From the IMG/VR virus record IMGVR_UViG_3300037419_000445: a stretch of DNA of 62,274 nucleotides; one strand, 5' to 3'. Each line of letters opens with the position of its first letter. Positions within the stretch are counted from its first letter, which is position 1. The position numbers and the translations under genes were made by a program. The notes below the pieces were generated by a model, which saw nothing but the letters and a program-made list of their open reading frames with translations, searched no databases and was not told where the DNA came from. This DNA comes from a virus. Positions 1 through 8,256 of the stretch are shown piece by piece.

Positions 1-127
1 ATGAGGTTGGCGTTTGCGGTGTTCTCAGCCAATTCTCCGTCTGCGCCGAAAGAAGTTTTAGCCACCTCGCGGTGATTTGGACCTCCGTTTATCAAGCGCG
101 GGTGATGCGGATTAAGCGACCACGGCA
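1..127. repeat. Terminal direct repeat. Bases 1-127 are identical to 62148-62274, the end overlap of a circular molecule.
   Basis: Read directly: atgaggttggcgtttgcggtg...aagcgaccacggca occurs at both contig ends. Minus-strand ORF 61916-62242 starts inside it. Confidence 0.95.
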
Positions 128-147
128 ACTCTGTATGCCCCTTTCCC

Positions 148-411
148 TCAGCCATGGGTGGCCTCGCGGGATTGGTTTTTCTTCGCATTCTTACGTTTGG
201 CGGCGGCGGCTCGCTTTTTGCGGCGGAGATCAATGCCCATCTCAATCATGCCGTCGAGGGCTTTGGGAATGCGATAGCAACCAAGAAAACGGTTGATCTG
301 CTGAAGCTCGTCCCTGATGTCCATGAGGACGGCGATCTTGGCGTGATCCCAATCAGCCGAACCATCATCGTTGCAATTTCGCCAGTTTTCGTTCTTTTTG
401 CGGGTGTTCAT
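148..411 (-). CDS. hypothetical protein (leftward early operon)
   Basis: 87-aa ORF. Its start abuts the stop of 412-813 and it is on the same strand as its neighbours. The overlapping plus-strand ORF 154-462 is treated as a shadow. Confidence 0.45.
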   Translation of the reverse strand: MNTRKKNENWRNCNDDGSADWDHAKIAVLMDIRDELQQINRFLGCYRIPKALDGMIEMGIDLRRKKRAAAAKRKNAKKNQSREATHG

Positions 412-813
412 CTACTCGCCTCCCGCAGGCTTGAGGGCGGCGCGGGCATATTTTCGGCATAGCTTGCGATGATTGGCGTCTGCGGATTTGTGGTCGTTTG
501 CCGACAGAAAGTCGATCTCAGATGAGGCAAATGCCGGAAGTCCACATCCGCAGTTGCATTCACCTTTGCCGATTTTGAAAACCATCGTTTCAAAGAAGCG
601 GTCGCAGCCTATTTTCTCGCGCTCACCTAATTGCTCGCCGTTCCGCCTAGGTCGGTAATCACCGACAGTCGAAATGAGAAAATTACCAATCCTTGTTGCA
701 AGGTGATGAAGGCAATGATCAGCGCAAATGAAATGCCCAGCCATGCCGAACCATTTCCATTTGCTCTCTGGGATCGCCGTCCGCCCGCCTGCTGTGGAAT
801 GGGTGGGGGTCAT
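412..813 (-). CDS. hypothetical Cys/His-rich protein
   Basis: The ORF track gives 412-891. I prefer the internal ATG at 813 (MTPTHSTAGG...), which overlaps the upstream stop as ATGA. Confidence 0.5.
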   Translation of the reverse strand: MTPTHSTAGGRTAIPESKWKWFGMAGHFICADHCLHHLATRIGNFLISTVGDYRPRRNGEQLGEREKIGCDRFFETMVFKIGKGECNCGCGLPAFASSEIDFLSANDHKSADANHRKLCRKYARAALKPAGGE

Positions 814-965
814 GCGGGCACCTGAAAAGATTGCGCCACCTGCAAAACAGCCAATCGCTTCTCGGGCGGCAAATCCCGGCGCTGCTGCCAAACTGCGAGC
901 ATCTGGTCTGCTTGCTGTTGTGCGCTCATCGGCTGCACGCTCTGCTGTACGGTCTGCATAAGCAT
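810..965 (-). CDS. small hypothetical protein (51 aa)
   Basis: Hand-translated MLMQTVQQSVQPMSAQQQ... It is coupled by TGATG upstream and ATGA downstream. It falls below the ORF-track length cutoff. Confidence 0.3.
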   Translation of the reverse strand: MLMQTVQQSVQPMSAQQQADQMLAVWQQRRDLPPEKRLAVLQVAQSFQVPA

Positions 966-1060
966 CAGATCCACCTCATGTTGCGGGCGAATACGAACAA
1001 AACTGAAATGGTAAGGAGGGTGCCGGCGAACATGGCGCCGAGCTGCGCTGCTTCATTCAT
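965..1060 (-). CDS. small hydrophobic peptide (31 aa)
   Basis: Hand-translated MNEAAQLGAMFAGTLLTISVLFVFARNMRWI. The ATG overlaps the end of 1053-1373. Confidence 0.25.
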   Translation of the reverse strand: MNEAAQLGAMFAGTLLTISVLFVFARNMRWI

Positions 1061-1373
1061 TGGTCTGCTCCACTTGCGAGGAGCAACGGGCTAGGGCACG
1101 GCGCGCCTTATTCCACTGTCCGATAGACATCATGCTCGGGCGATCTTGGGACTGCGGCATCAACTCCATGATCGAGGCGAGTGCATCGAAAAGTTCAGGC
1201 GCAGCCACGAATAGTGCGGCCATGCGCTTGCAATCCTTTCGCGCCGGGCCAACTCCATTGCTGTACTGATGAACTTGCGCGACCATGAAACCAGCTGAAT
1301 TGCGGATTTTGATCGAGTGCTGTTCTGGGTCGAGAACCAGATGCCCATATGCGCTGCATGTGTCCGCCATCAC
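1053..1373 (-). CDS. hypothetical protein
   Basis: 106-aa ORF. It overlaps the upstream gene stop by 4 nt, consistent with operon packing. Confidence 0.5.
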   Translation of the reverse strand: MMADTCSAYGHLVLDPEQHSIKIRNSAGFMVAQVHQYSNGVGPARKDCKRMAALFVAAPELFDALASIMELMPQSQDRPSMMSIGQWNKARRALARCSSQVEQTNE

Positions 1374-1789
1374 ACCGCCTCCTGCAGCGCACAGGCAACC
1401 GCAATGCGGCCAACCTCACGCACAATTCGGCGGCGCTCACGATCTGCGTAATGTGCGCGTAGGCACATGGCAGCCCATGCGGCCTCGTTGGGCGACACCC
1501 AGCCGTCAATGTGTCCGTCAAGACCGGTACGCCACGCGCCAACCTTCAACGTGCGGAGGTACTTCGGGCCGAACGTATAGGCGCGCAGGAAGTGCTTCAC
1601 TTCCTTCACGGACAAACCCGTGTTCGTACCGATGAGGTCGCACTTGATGCCGATGGAAAGCGGACACTTGGCCTGACCGTTGTGCGCAATCGGAGAAAAC
1701 AACTCCGCAAGATGTTCGCGCTGTTCGCGGTAGGCCGGCCAATTAATGCTGCGCTCAATTGAGCGGCGTTTCTCGATAATGGATGACAT
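1370..1789 (-). CDS. ProQ/FinO-family RNA-binding protein
   Basis: FSPIAHNGQAKCPLSIGIKCDL...LSVKEVKHFLRAYTFGPKYLRTLKVGAWRTGLDG parallels E. coli ProQ (RPLKIGIFQDL...[34 protein letters not shown]). A GGGGAG RBS precedes the ATG. Confidence 0.7.
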   Translation of the reverse strand: MSSIIEKRRSIERSINWPAYREQREHLAELFSPIAHNGQAKCPLSIGIKCDLIGTNTGLSVKEVKHFLRAYTFGPKYLRTLKVGAWRTGLDGHIDGWVSPNEAAWAAMCLRAHYADRERRRIVREVGRIAVACALQEAV

Positions 1790-1815
1790 GTGAGTCTCCC
1801 CAATGCGATGAGGAG

Positions 1816-1844
1816 ACTGTATGCGATAATCGCACTATTGTCAA
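1816..1844 (-). promoter_or_regulatory. Leftward early promoter (PL-like) with an operator in its spacer
   Basis: The minus strand reads TTGACA-atagTGCGATTATCGCA-TACAGT with a 17-nt spacer. The palindrome TGCGATAATCGCA occupies 1822-1834. Confidence 0.6.
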
Positions 1845-1904
1845 CTACAAAAATGCTACTATCGCATTTTTATTGTGCGACAGACCTAAAGCAGACAGGC
1901 CGCC

Positions 1905-2672
1905 CTAAAAGGCTAGCACTCGGCCGGCGACCCTCCCGACGATCTTCAATTCTTCAAGTGTCATGGATTGATTATCGCGATGCGATGGATTGTCAGATAT
2001 CACCTTCACCGTTGGTGGATCGCTCTTCCACATATATTCTAGTCGTTTAATTTGAGGCGCCCTGTGTCCATCGGAGATTAGATAGAGGCCGTCATTGCCG
2101 AACGTGGTTGCACGCAAGTCGATAATAACTTTGTCGCCGTGCCTAACAGTTGGATCCATGGAGTCGCCACGCACCTCCATCACAACAGAGTGCTGGCTCG
2201 ACGCCTTCATAGTGTTTTGTAAATATCCGTCGGGGAATACCCATTCCGCGACCACCATGTGCCCCATCATAGTCCCCCCGTTAATATTGATTTGTATGAA
2301 TTCTCCTACTGTCCCTTCACCAGCCCCCGCAGTGACGTCCAACTCTGGAATAGCACCTGGCATGCGAGCATCGTAATGCTCGCGGTTATAGCCACGCCCG
2401 TACTCCTGTTCGATTCTACTAATCTCAACTAGATCGGTGCCTTCGTATTGTGCTCCCTCCACTGGGGGTAAGCATAGCTCTATTAATTTATTAGACCTTA
2501 GATAATTAACGAGCGCGGCATATTCCTCGATGTGAATATTCCGATCGCAAGTGAGTATTTTAGAAACGCGACTCGGATCGTTGTGTCCGAAGATGCGCGC
2601 GAGGTCAGAGTTTTTTAGTCCGGCCTTCTCTTTGACGACGGCCATCCACTCAGAAATTTTTCTCCGGTCCAT
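1905..2672 (-). CDS. CI-like repressor with an N-terminal HTH and a C-terminal S24 (LexA-type) autopeptidase
   Basis: KEKAGLKNSDLARIFG forms the HTH. MEVRGDSMDPTVRHGDKVIID...IKRLEY carries the Ser/Lys dyad. The ORF track starts at 2738; I prefer the ATG at 2672, which is preceded by AAGAGGGA. Confidence 0.85.
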   Translation of the reverse strand: MDRRKISEWMAVVKEKAGLKNSDLARIFGHNDPSRVSKILTCDRNIHIEEYAALVNYLRSNKLIELCLPPVEGAQYEGTDLVEISRIEQEYGRGYNREHYDARMPGAIPELDVTAGAGEGTVGEFIQININGGTMMGHMVVAEWVFPDGYLQNTMKASSQHSVVMEVRGDSMDPTVRHGDKVIIDLRATTFGNDGLYLISDGHRAPQIKRLEYMWKSDPPTVKVISDNPSHRDNQSMTLEELKIVGRVAGRVLAF

Positions 2673-2705
2673 TTTAAAATTCCCTCTTTTTACGCAATAC
2701 GATAG

Positions 2706-2718
2706 TGCGATAATGGCA
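2706..2718. promoter_or_regulatory. Operator-like site TGCGATAATGGCA
   Basis: One mismatch from the TGCGA-N3-TCGCA palindrome. It lies between the cI start and PR. Confidence 0.45.
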
Positions 2719-2739
2719 TTAATTTTGCGCCGCGTCATG

Positions 2740-2752
2740 TGCTAATATCGCA
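2740..2752. promoter_or_regulatory. Operator-like site TGCTAATATCGCA
   Basis: Imperfect copy of the same palindrome. Confidence 0.4.
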
Positions 2753-2760
2753 TTTTTAAC

Positions 2761-2789
2761 TTGACACAAGTGCGATTTTCGCATATGGT
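2761..2789 (+). promoter_or_regulatory. Rightward early promoter (PR-like) with an operator in its spacer
   Basis: TTGACA(2761-2766)-caagTGCGATTTTCGCA-TATGGT(2784-2789) with a 17-nt spacer. The operator is at 2771-2783. Confidence 0.65.
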
Positions 2790-2816
2790 TACCAACATCA
2801 GAAGCGAGGTAATCAA

Positions 2817-3011
2817 ATGCTGGATGTTGTGGCTGGAACACGTGGAACAGAGTTTTTGGCACTAGTTGAAGTGTTCCGCGACAAGCCGCAGCAGCAGCAT
2901 CCAAGCAATCCACTCACTGAGACGAGATTCGGCACCATGCAGGGATGCGGGGGGCATTACCAATGCCGCCGCATTCCAGTGACGTTGCCGTGGAGTGGGA
3001 CGCTCAAGTGA
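2817..3011 (+). CDS. possible first rightward gene (64 aa, unknown function)
   Basis: A GAGG RBS lies 8 nt upstream of the ATG, just downstream of PR. The stop overlaps an in-frame GTG (3008) of the next ORF as GTGA. No recognisable HTH. Confidence 0.3.
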   Translation: MLDVVAGTRGTEFLALVEVFRDKPQQQHPSNPLTETRFGTMQGCGGHYQCRRIPVTLPWSGTLK

Positions 3012-3403
3012 ACCGCGTTTCAACAATCGCTGGGAACGTCGTTAAGCGTCCTTCCGGGAATCACCCTGATCCGGAGAGATGGGAGATTCTCCGCGAGTAT
3101 GCGCGTGACCGACAGCGATACGAGAGCGGCGAAGTGTACTGCGCGACGTGCCCAGAAACAGAGGGCGGGCAGCACCGTTTTGAGTTGCACCACAGGCATT
3201 ACAATTATTTTGGAGCAGAGCGCGTTGAAGACGTCGTTCTGCTGTGTGCGCCATGTCACGACGCAATCACAAACAGGCTTCGAAATTTTCGTTTGGCTCA
3301 TGGAGACATGACCATGACCGCAACCAACGACAACAAAAAGATTCAGAGATCGTCGTTCGTCGGAGCAAGCCGGATTAGCGATGTAACCAAGCTGTCAGCC
3401 TAG
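2945..3403 (+). CDS. HNH-like (His-Me finger) protein
   Basis: CATCPE...ELHHRHYNYF...LLCAPCHDAITN. The start is uncertain (ATG 2945/2963 or GTG 3008). It carries TNDN at 3323-3334. Confidence 0.55.
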   Translation: MRGALPMPPHSSDVAVEWDAQVNRVSTIAGNVVKRPSGNHPDPERWEILREYARDRQRYESGEVYCATCPETEGGQHRFELHHRHYNYFGAERVEDVVLLCAPCHDAITNRLRNFRLAHGDMTMTATNDNKKIQRSSFVGASRISDVTKLSA

Positions 3404-3441
3404 CTGAAGCATCACACGCGCAAGAGCGCAAGGAGAGAACA

Positions 3442-4065
3442 ATGGCACGTAAGACCTTTATCGTTGGCATACATCTTGCCGATTACATTCAGCACAACCC
3501 GCAGACAGCAATGCCTGCAAATAAATTCTACAAGGCTATGAAGGAGCTTACTGGCAAGCGCAAAAAGACCGACGCAGACCACGAGGCAATCGCCAATATT
3601 GAATACCACGCCGGCCTGTACATGAACGGCGCTGGCCAGGTTGTCTTGCCGAGTACGCAGTTTGAAGCAGCTATTGCGGAGGGCGCAAAAGTTTCAAAGG
3701 AAGGCAAGATTTGCCTTTCCTCAACCTTCGTTGAAGGCGACGCTGTTCTCTCATACGACGGCGGTCCTCTCTCGCTCGATGAACTACTCGCTAGTGAATC
3801 CCATCGCTTAGATGCGCTGGTTCGTGTCGGTATGGCGAAAACGATGCGGCGCCGACCTTATTTCACCAACGCTTGCGCTGATTTCCGAGTGTCTCTCGAT
3901 ACCGAGCAGGCAAACGCGGCGCAGTTGCGTCGTTGGGTGTTCGATGCGCTCAACATCAAGGGAATTGGAGATTGGCGCCCGCGACATGGTCGCGGTGAGA
4001 TTACGAAGTTCGAAGAGGCGCCTGTGTTGGTTACTGCGACAGCAGCGATTGCTCAAGCGGCATAA
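3442..4065 (+). CDS. hypothetical protein
   Basis: 207-aa ORF with an AAGGAGAG RBS. Confidence 0.6.
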   Translation: MARKTFIVGIHLADYIQHNPQTAMPANKFYKAMKELTGKRKKTDADHEAIANIEYHAGLYMNGAGQVVLPSTQFEAAIAEGAKVSKEGKICLSSTFVEGDAVLSYDGGPLSLDELLASESHRLDALVRVGMAKTMRRRPYFTNACADFRVSLDTEQANAAQLRRWVFDALNIKGIGDWRPRHGRGEITKFEEAPVLVTATAAIAQAA

Positions 4066-4082
4066 GTTCTTCTGTGTGGCTG

Positions 4083-4395
4083 GGCGAGGATTTCACGGCA
4101 CGGCAAGTACCCGGTTAGGCGTGGCCCGGTCGGGCGATCCCCGGCACGGCTAGGCAAGGATTTCGTGGTTTGGGTTGACAGAACACGGCACGGCCCGGTT
4201 TGGCACTGCGGGGAATGGCAAGGATTTTGTGGCCCGGCCAGTTTCGGAACGGCACGTCTTGGAATGGCTAGGAATGGCTAGGCATGGACATCGAGGCTCG
4301 GTGGGTTGGGGTTTGGTCCGGTCATGTTCGGTTCGGTTGGGCTAGATCGGGCACGGCAAGTCTAGGCACGATTCGGTTCGGCAAGGATTTCACGG
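4083..4395. repeat. Array of four 16-bp repeats GGC(A/G)AGGATTT(C/T)(A/G)(C/T)GG plus GGCACGGC sub-repeats in a 400-bp non-coding gap
   Basis: Copies at 4083-4098, 4153-4168, 4217-4232 and 4380-4395. GGCACGGCAAGT occurs at 4097-4108 and 4350-4361. Tandem GGAATGGCTA x2 at 4261-4280. Confidence 0.8.
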
Positions 4396-4420
4396 CAATA
4401 GCGGCGCGATAGCGCTTCAC

Positions 4421-4444
4421 AAAAGAAAAACCGCGCTTGCGCGG
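4421..4444 (-). terminator. Possible minus-strand intrinsic terminator
   Basis: The minus strand reads CCGCGcaagCGCGG followed by TTTTTCTTTT. On the plus strand the A-tract precedes the stem, so the orientation is minus. Confidence 0.3.
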
Positions 4445-4465
4445 CAATGGCGGAGCTTTCTCCAA

Positions 4466-4720
4466 ATGACACCACTTGAACAGACGCTCTACGCAATGAC
4501 CCGATTCAAAATGGAAGACGAAGTTGAGATCGCCGGCGAATTGATCGGAACCGTTACCGGGATTCAGGTCACCACGAGCGGTGAGGATACGTACAGGGTT
4601 TTCTATTTCGACAACGCCGAAAACCCGAAGGAAGAGTGGATTCGCGACTCCATGCTTTCGGAGGTCGACGACGAAGAAAGCAACGTGATTCCGTTTCCAG
4701 TTAGCCGCACGCGGCATTGA
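4466..4720 (+). CDS. hypothetical acidic protein
   Basis: 84-aa ORF with a GGAG RBS. Confidence 0.6.
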   Translation: MTPLEQTLYAMTRFKMEDEVEIAGELIGTVTGIQVTTSGEDTYRVFYFDNAENPKEEWIRDSMLSEVDDEESNVIPFPVSRTRH

Positions 4721-4731
4721 GGGAAAAGAAC

Positions 4732-5769
4732 ATGAGCGCAGAGACAGCGAATAGGGATGATGGTTGCGATTGGTACTTCGGCGTGCCGTTTCCGAGCAAG
4801 CGGAAGGTGGCGGAGGCTGCGCCGGTAAAGCGCGAGTTGAAGGTTGGTGATCGGGTGAAGGTGGTGAAGCGTGGCGAGGCGGGCAGTGGACACGGAGCCA
4901 GCGTTGGTGACATCGGCAAGGTATTTGCGGTCGATCATGGCTGCATTTATTGCGAGATGGTTGGTGGGCCTTGGTATTTTAACATCGACGAAATCGAACT
5001 CCTCCAACCAACCTTCGCCCCCAACACCCGCGTTCGCTTAATCCGCAATACACAGCGCTATGCCGTTGGCGACACCGGCACGGTAACGCTATCGAGCGAT
5101 GAGAGCGTTGGCGTCCGCATGGACGACGGCCGCTACTGGTCGTTCAAGCCGGAAGATTTGGCGGTGGTTCCTGAAATGCGCGGTGCCAGTTTGGCCGAGC
5201 AGGCAGACGTTGGATCGCGTCATGATGGAGCGGTAACGGCAGAGAAACTGTCAGTAGCCAGCCTGTGCGACCTTGCTCCTGGTTGCGCTGGGCGCAATGG
5301 GGAGCATGGCAAGCCGAAGTTTAAGGCTGGCGATGTGGTGCAGGCGCTGGTGGAAGACTGGTCTGGCGCAATCAATGCTGGTGACATATTCACCTTATCT
5401 GGCGCCCACGACGAAGCAGTTGAGTTCATCGACCGCGAAGGTGATGACCGTATTCGGCCTGCAGACGAGTTTGAACTCGTCACCTCTGCTCCGTGTCCGC
5501 AAGACAACGTCGTCAGCATCGGCGAATTCAAAGCCAACCTTGGTGATGTCGCAGCGGTTGCTTTTGGCGGCACACCAGAACCCTGCATCGTCATCCGTCA
5601 GGTTGACGGCCAGCCTCGTCCTTCGTCTTGGCCTCACGTCCACAAGTCAGCGGCGGACGCCACAAAGGAAGCCGAGCGGCTGGCCTCGGTAAATCCAGGC
5701 AAGCAGTTCGATGTCTATCAGCGCGTCACTGGGCGGGTTGGTGACGTGCAGGTTAGGGAGGTGGCGTGA
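4732..5769 (+). CDS. hypothetical protein with three internal SH3/KOW-like repeats
   Basis: Repeats are [10 protein letters not shown]...[17 protein letters not shown]...GDTGTVT and [10 protein letters not shown]...GDIFTLS. The ATG at 4732 follows GAGGGAAAAGAAC. The track start at 4717 is TTG. Confidence 0.6.
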   Translation: MSAETANRDDGCDWYFGVPFPSKRKVAEAAPVKRELKVGDRVKVVKRGEAGSGHGASVGDIGKVFAVDHGCIYCEMVGGPWYFNIDEIELLQPTFAPNTRVRLIRNTQRYAVGDTGTVTLSSDESVGVRMDDGRYWSFKPEDLAVVPEMRGASLAEQADVGSRHDGAVTAEKLSVASLCDLAPGCAGRNGEHGKPKFKAGDVVQALVEDWSGAINAGDIFTLSGAHDEAVEFIDREGDDRIRPADEFELVTSAPCPQDNVVSIGEFKANLGDVAAVAFGGTPEPCIVIRQVDGQPRPSSWPHVHKSAADATKEAERLASVNPGKQFDVYQRVTGRVGDVQVREVA

Positions 5770-6200
5770 TGGCAAGTTGGGACAATCCGCAGTTCTCATC
5801 CCTCATCGGAAAGACGATGAAGGATGTTCGTCAGATTGGCGACGATCGCATCGTATTCGAGTGCGATGACGGCAAAGAATACGCGCTCTTTCATGTGCAG
5901 GACTGTTGCGAGAGCGTAATCATCAGCGACATCTGCGGCGACCTTGCAGACCTCGTTGGCACGCCGATCTTGTTGGCCGAAGAAGTAAGCAGCGAAGACG
6001 ACCCGCCTGACGTTGCGGCGAAGAAGGCTGCTGAACGAGCAGCAAAGCCAGACGATTATTACTGGGATGCCGAGAGCCAAACGTGGACGTTCTACAAGCT
6101 GCGCACGATTAAAGGCAGCGTTGACATCCGCTGGCATGGCACATCGAACGGCTATTACTCGGAATCTGTAACCTTCGGAGATACGTCCAATGAATACTAA
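5766..6200 (+). CDS. hypothetical protein
   Basis: 144-aa ORF with a GTGATG stop-start overlap. Contains the HVQDCCESV...WTFYKL...SNGYYSE motifs. Confidence 0.6.
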   Translation: MMASWDNPQFSSLIGKTMKDVRQIGDDRIVFECDDGKEYALFHVQDCCESVIISDICGDLADLVGTPILLAEEVSSEDDPPDVAAKKAAERAAKPDDYYWDAESQTWTFYKLRTIKGSVDIRWHGTSNGYYSESVTFGDTSNEY

Positions 6201-6462
6201 CAACATCACCAACCTCAACGCACACCGCCCACTGCCGCTCGGCAGTGCGGCAGTCGTAAACCTGCAACAGGCACTCGCCTTTGGCGCCAGCGCAGCCAGC
6301 CTCCGATCTGTGGCCGACTGGAACGATCGGAAGTCTTACGAGGAGCGCCGTCGTAAGTCGCGCGCTCGGCACAAGAGTCAGGCCGCTGCGCTGCGTGTGG
6401 TGGCTGATGACATCGAAAGCATGCTGCAGCAGGCCAGTTACGGACCGAAGGAGGCGGCGTGA
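6190..6462 (+). CDS. hypothetical protein
   Basis: 90-aa ORF in operon register. Confidence 0.5.
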   Translation: MNTNNITNLNAHRPLPLGSAAVVNLQQALAFGASAASLRSVADWNDRKSYEERRRKSRARHKSQAAALRVVADDIESMLQQASYGPKEAA

Positions 6463-6680
6463 TGGGATACCGCATCGACTGGAAATCTGTCTCGCAGTGG
6501 GTTGGCACCGAAAAGACTGAACTTGAGGGCGAAGAAATTTACGCAACGCGCGAAGAGGCGGAACAGGCTGTGCGCGACATGCAGATGGACTCGTCTCTCA
6601 TGGGTGAGGTTCACGAAACTGCGGTTCAGGGGCAGGGCGTCGAAGGATGGCTCGCAATCGTATCTGTAGGAGCAGCCTAA
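6459..6680 (+). CDS. hypothetical protein
   Basis: 73-aa ORF with a GGAGGCGGCGTGATG junction. Confidence 0.5.
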   Translation: MMGYRIDWKSVSQWVGTEKTELEGEEIYATREEAEQAVRDMQMDSSLMGEVHETAVQGQGVEGWLAIVSVGAA

Positions 6681-6859
6681 TGCACATCTGGCCCCAGATC
6701 ACGATGCTTGCGCTCATCACGCTTGGCGTCGGTCACACCATCGCAAAGTTCGGCGAACGCAAAACGGACACTTACGGCTGGGCGGAGCTAGTTATCGCCC
6801 CGGCCATTACTTTGACGCTGCTTTATTGCGGCGGGTTCTTTGCTCCATTGGGGATTTAA
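6680..6859 (+). CDS. small membrane protein
   Basis: MHIWPQITMLALITLGVGH...LTLLYCGGFFAPLGI has two hydrophobic segments. TAATG overlap with the upstream stop. Confidence 0.45.
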   Translation: MHIWPQITMLALITLGVGHTIAKFGERKTDTYGWAELVIAPAITLTLLYCGGFFAPLGI

Positions 6860-6860
6860 C

Positions 6861-7106
6861 ATGTCCTTATTCTCAATCCGCAATTCCAGCGCACGTTCGC
6901 ACGCACCCTCGCAACTTCCGTCCGCTGGCGGCTATCTCGCGCTCTTCTTGGCAATTATCACGCTACTGCTCGGTAGTGCAGCAGCCTGGATTACGCACGT
7001 TATCGTCTGCATCAAGGCCAGCGCGTGGGTGTTGCTCGCGTTCGGATGCATCGTTGCGCCGGTTGGCGTGATTCATGGAATCGGTGTTTGGCTGGGAGTG
7101 TTTTGA
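6861..7106 (+). CDS. small membrane protein
   Basis: LALFLAIITLLLGSAAAWITHVIV...VLLAFGCIVAPVGVIHGIGVWLGVF. Confidence 0.45.
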   Translation: MSLFSIRNSSARSHAPSQLPSAGGYLALFLAIITLLLGSAAAWITHVIVCIKASAWVLLAFGCIVAPVGVIHGIGVWLGVF

Positions 7107-7324
7107 TGGACGGAATCTTGGCCGTTATCTTAGCGCTACTCGTCGGCTTCTTTCTTGGGGCAAGCGTTATGTCCGATAATTGGAAGGATGCGGCGAAGCG
7201 CGGGACATTCGAAATTGGCCACGTTGTTTATGTAGCCAAGCCGCTGCGCTCAACTGCGCCCGGCACAGTGTGCGCGTTGGACGTCCCTAGTATTCCGAAG
7301 TGCCTGGATGGTACAGCCAAATGA
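7106..7324 (+). CDS. small membrane-anchored protein
   Basis: MDGILAVILALLVGFFLGASV... with a TGATG overlap. Confidence 0.45.
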   Translation: MDGILAVILALLVGFFLGASVMSDNWKDAAKRGTFEIGHVVYVAKPLRSTAPGTVCALDVPSIPKCLDGTAK

Positions 7325-7404
7325 CCCCAGCCGACGCAGCATACATATTCATCGCAGCAGCCCTCGCAGTCGCGGCAGCCATGCTGCTGGTGCGCGTTGA
7401 CTAA
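7321..7404 (+). CDS. possible 27-aa hydrophobic peptide
   Basis: Hand-translated MTPADAAYIFIAAALAVAAAMLLVRVD. The ATGA overlaps the upstream stop. Confidence 0.25.
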   Translation: MTPADAAYIFIAAALAVAAAMLLVRVD

Positions 7405-7458
7405 CGACACGACCGGCCTTCTGCCGGGTGTCTGGTTAAATTTTATACGGATACAGTA

Positions 7459-8256
7459 ATGGCTATTTCATTAGGTTCGCTTAAGTCGACGAAGAAACAG
7501 GCGCAGGAGCGTCCCCCCATCCTGACGATCTACGGCGTAGACGGCGTTGGCAAGACTACGCTGGCTTCGGAATTCCCTTCGCCTGTTTACATCAGCACGG
7601 CAGGCGAGCGGGCTCCGTCAGACATCGACCTTCCTACGCCAGGTGTAGTAACGACGATTGACGATTTGTGGGACATCGTTGGCGAGTTGCTTGCTGGCGA
7701 GCACGAATTCAAGACTGTCATCATCGACAGCCTCGATGGACTCGAGCCGCTGATCTGGAAACGGACTTGCGCCCGTATTGGGGCAACGTCGATTGACGAC
7801 AGTAGCGCTGGATCTGTGGCTGCGTATGGTCGCGGATACCGTGAGGCCGACGTGGAGTGGAATGAACTAATTGACGCACTCAACGACTTGGTTGAGGCCG
7901 GCATGACGGTGGTTCTGCTTGCTCACCCCGGCATCGTGACGTTCAACTCGCCAATTTCAGATCCTTATTCTCGATACGAAATTAAACTTCACAAGCGCGG
8001 GGCCGCCCTCATCCGCGAGAAGTCGGACGTCGTGGCCTTCGTTAATTATCGGGTGACGCTGGTGAAGGCTGACCCGAAGAATCCGAAGTCTCACACCCAC
8101 GGCGAAGGCAAGGAACGCATCATCCACCTTTCCGAGAACGCTGGCTTCGTTGCTAAGTCGCGTTTTCCAACGCCGGACTCCATCAAGTACGTCAAAGGCA
8201 AGGGCTATTCTGAACTAGCCAAGTACTTCCCGCATGTGAGTGGGGAGGCGGCGTGA
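7459..8256 (+). CDS. Sak4-like RecA-fold ATPase (AAA_24-type recombination protein)
   Basis: Walker A is IYGVDGVGKTTLA and Walker B-like is VIIDSLD. The gene sits next to a DUF669-like gene, as in Sak4 modules. Confidence 0.75.
   Translation: MAISLGSLKSTKKQAQERPPILTIYGVDGVGKTTLASEFPSPVYISTAGERAPSDIDLPTPGVVTTIDDLWDIVGELLAGEHEFKTVIIDSLDGLEPLIWKRTCARIGATSIDDSSAGSVAAYGRGYREADVEWNELIDALNDLVEAGMTVVLLAHPGIVTFNSPISDPYSRYEIKLHKRGAALIREKSDVVAFVNYRVTLVKADPKNPKSHTHGEGKERIIHLSENAGFVAKSRFPTPDSIKYVKGKGYSELAKYFPHVSGEAA

Noticed and set aside
1-127. Terminal repeats as IS/transposon ends or a genuine phage direct terminal repeat.
   Set aside because: The repeats are direct, not inverted. They lie inside a coding region of the leftward operon, and their length equals a common assembler k-mer. 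Circular-assembly overlap is the simplest explanation, although a true DTR is not strictly excluded.
4083-4395. CRISPR array, suggested by regularly spaced 16-mers about 64-70 bp apart.
   Set aside because: There are only four imperfect short repeats. The apparent spacers share sub-repeats (GGCACGGC). The fourth copy is 163 bp away, and no cas genes or leader are present.
4322-4717. 131-aa minus-strand ORF spanning the repeat region and the start of 4466-4720.
   Set aside because: It is built from the repeat array and overlaps a plus-strand gene with a good RBS. It has no RBS or operon context on the minus strand.
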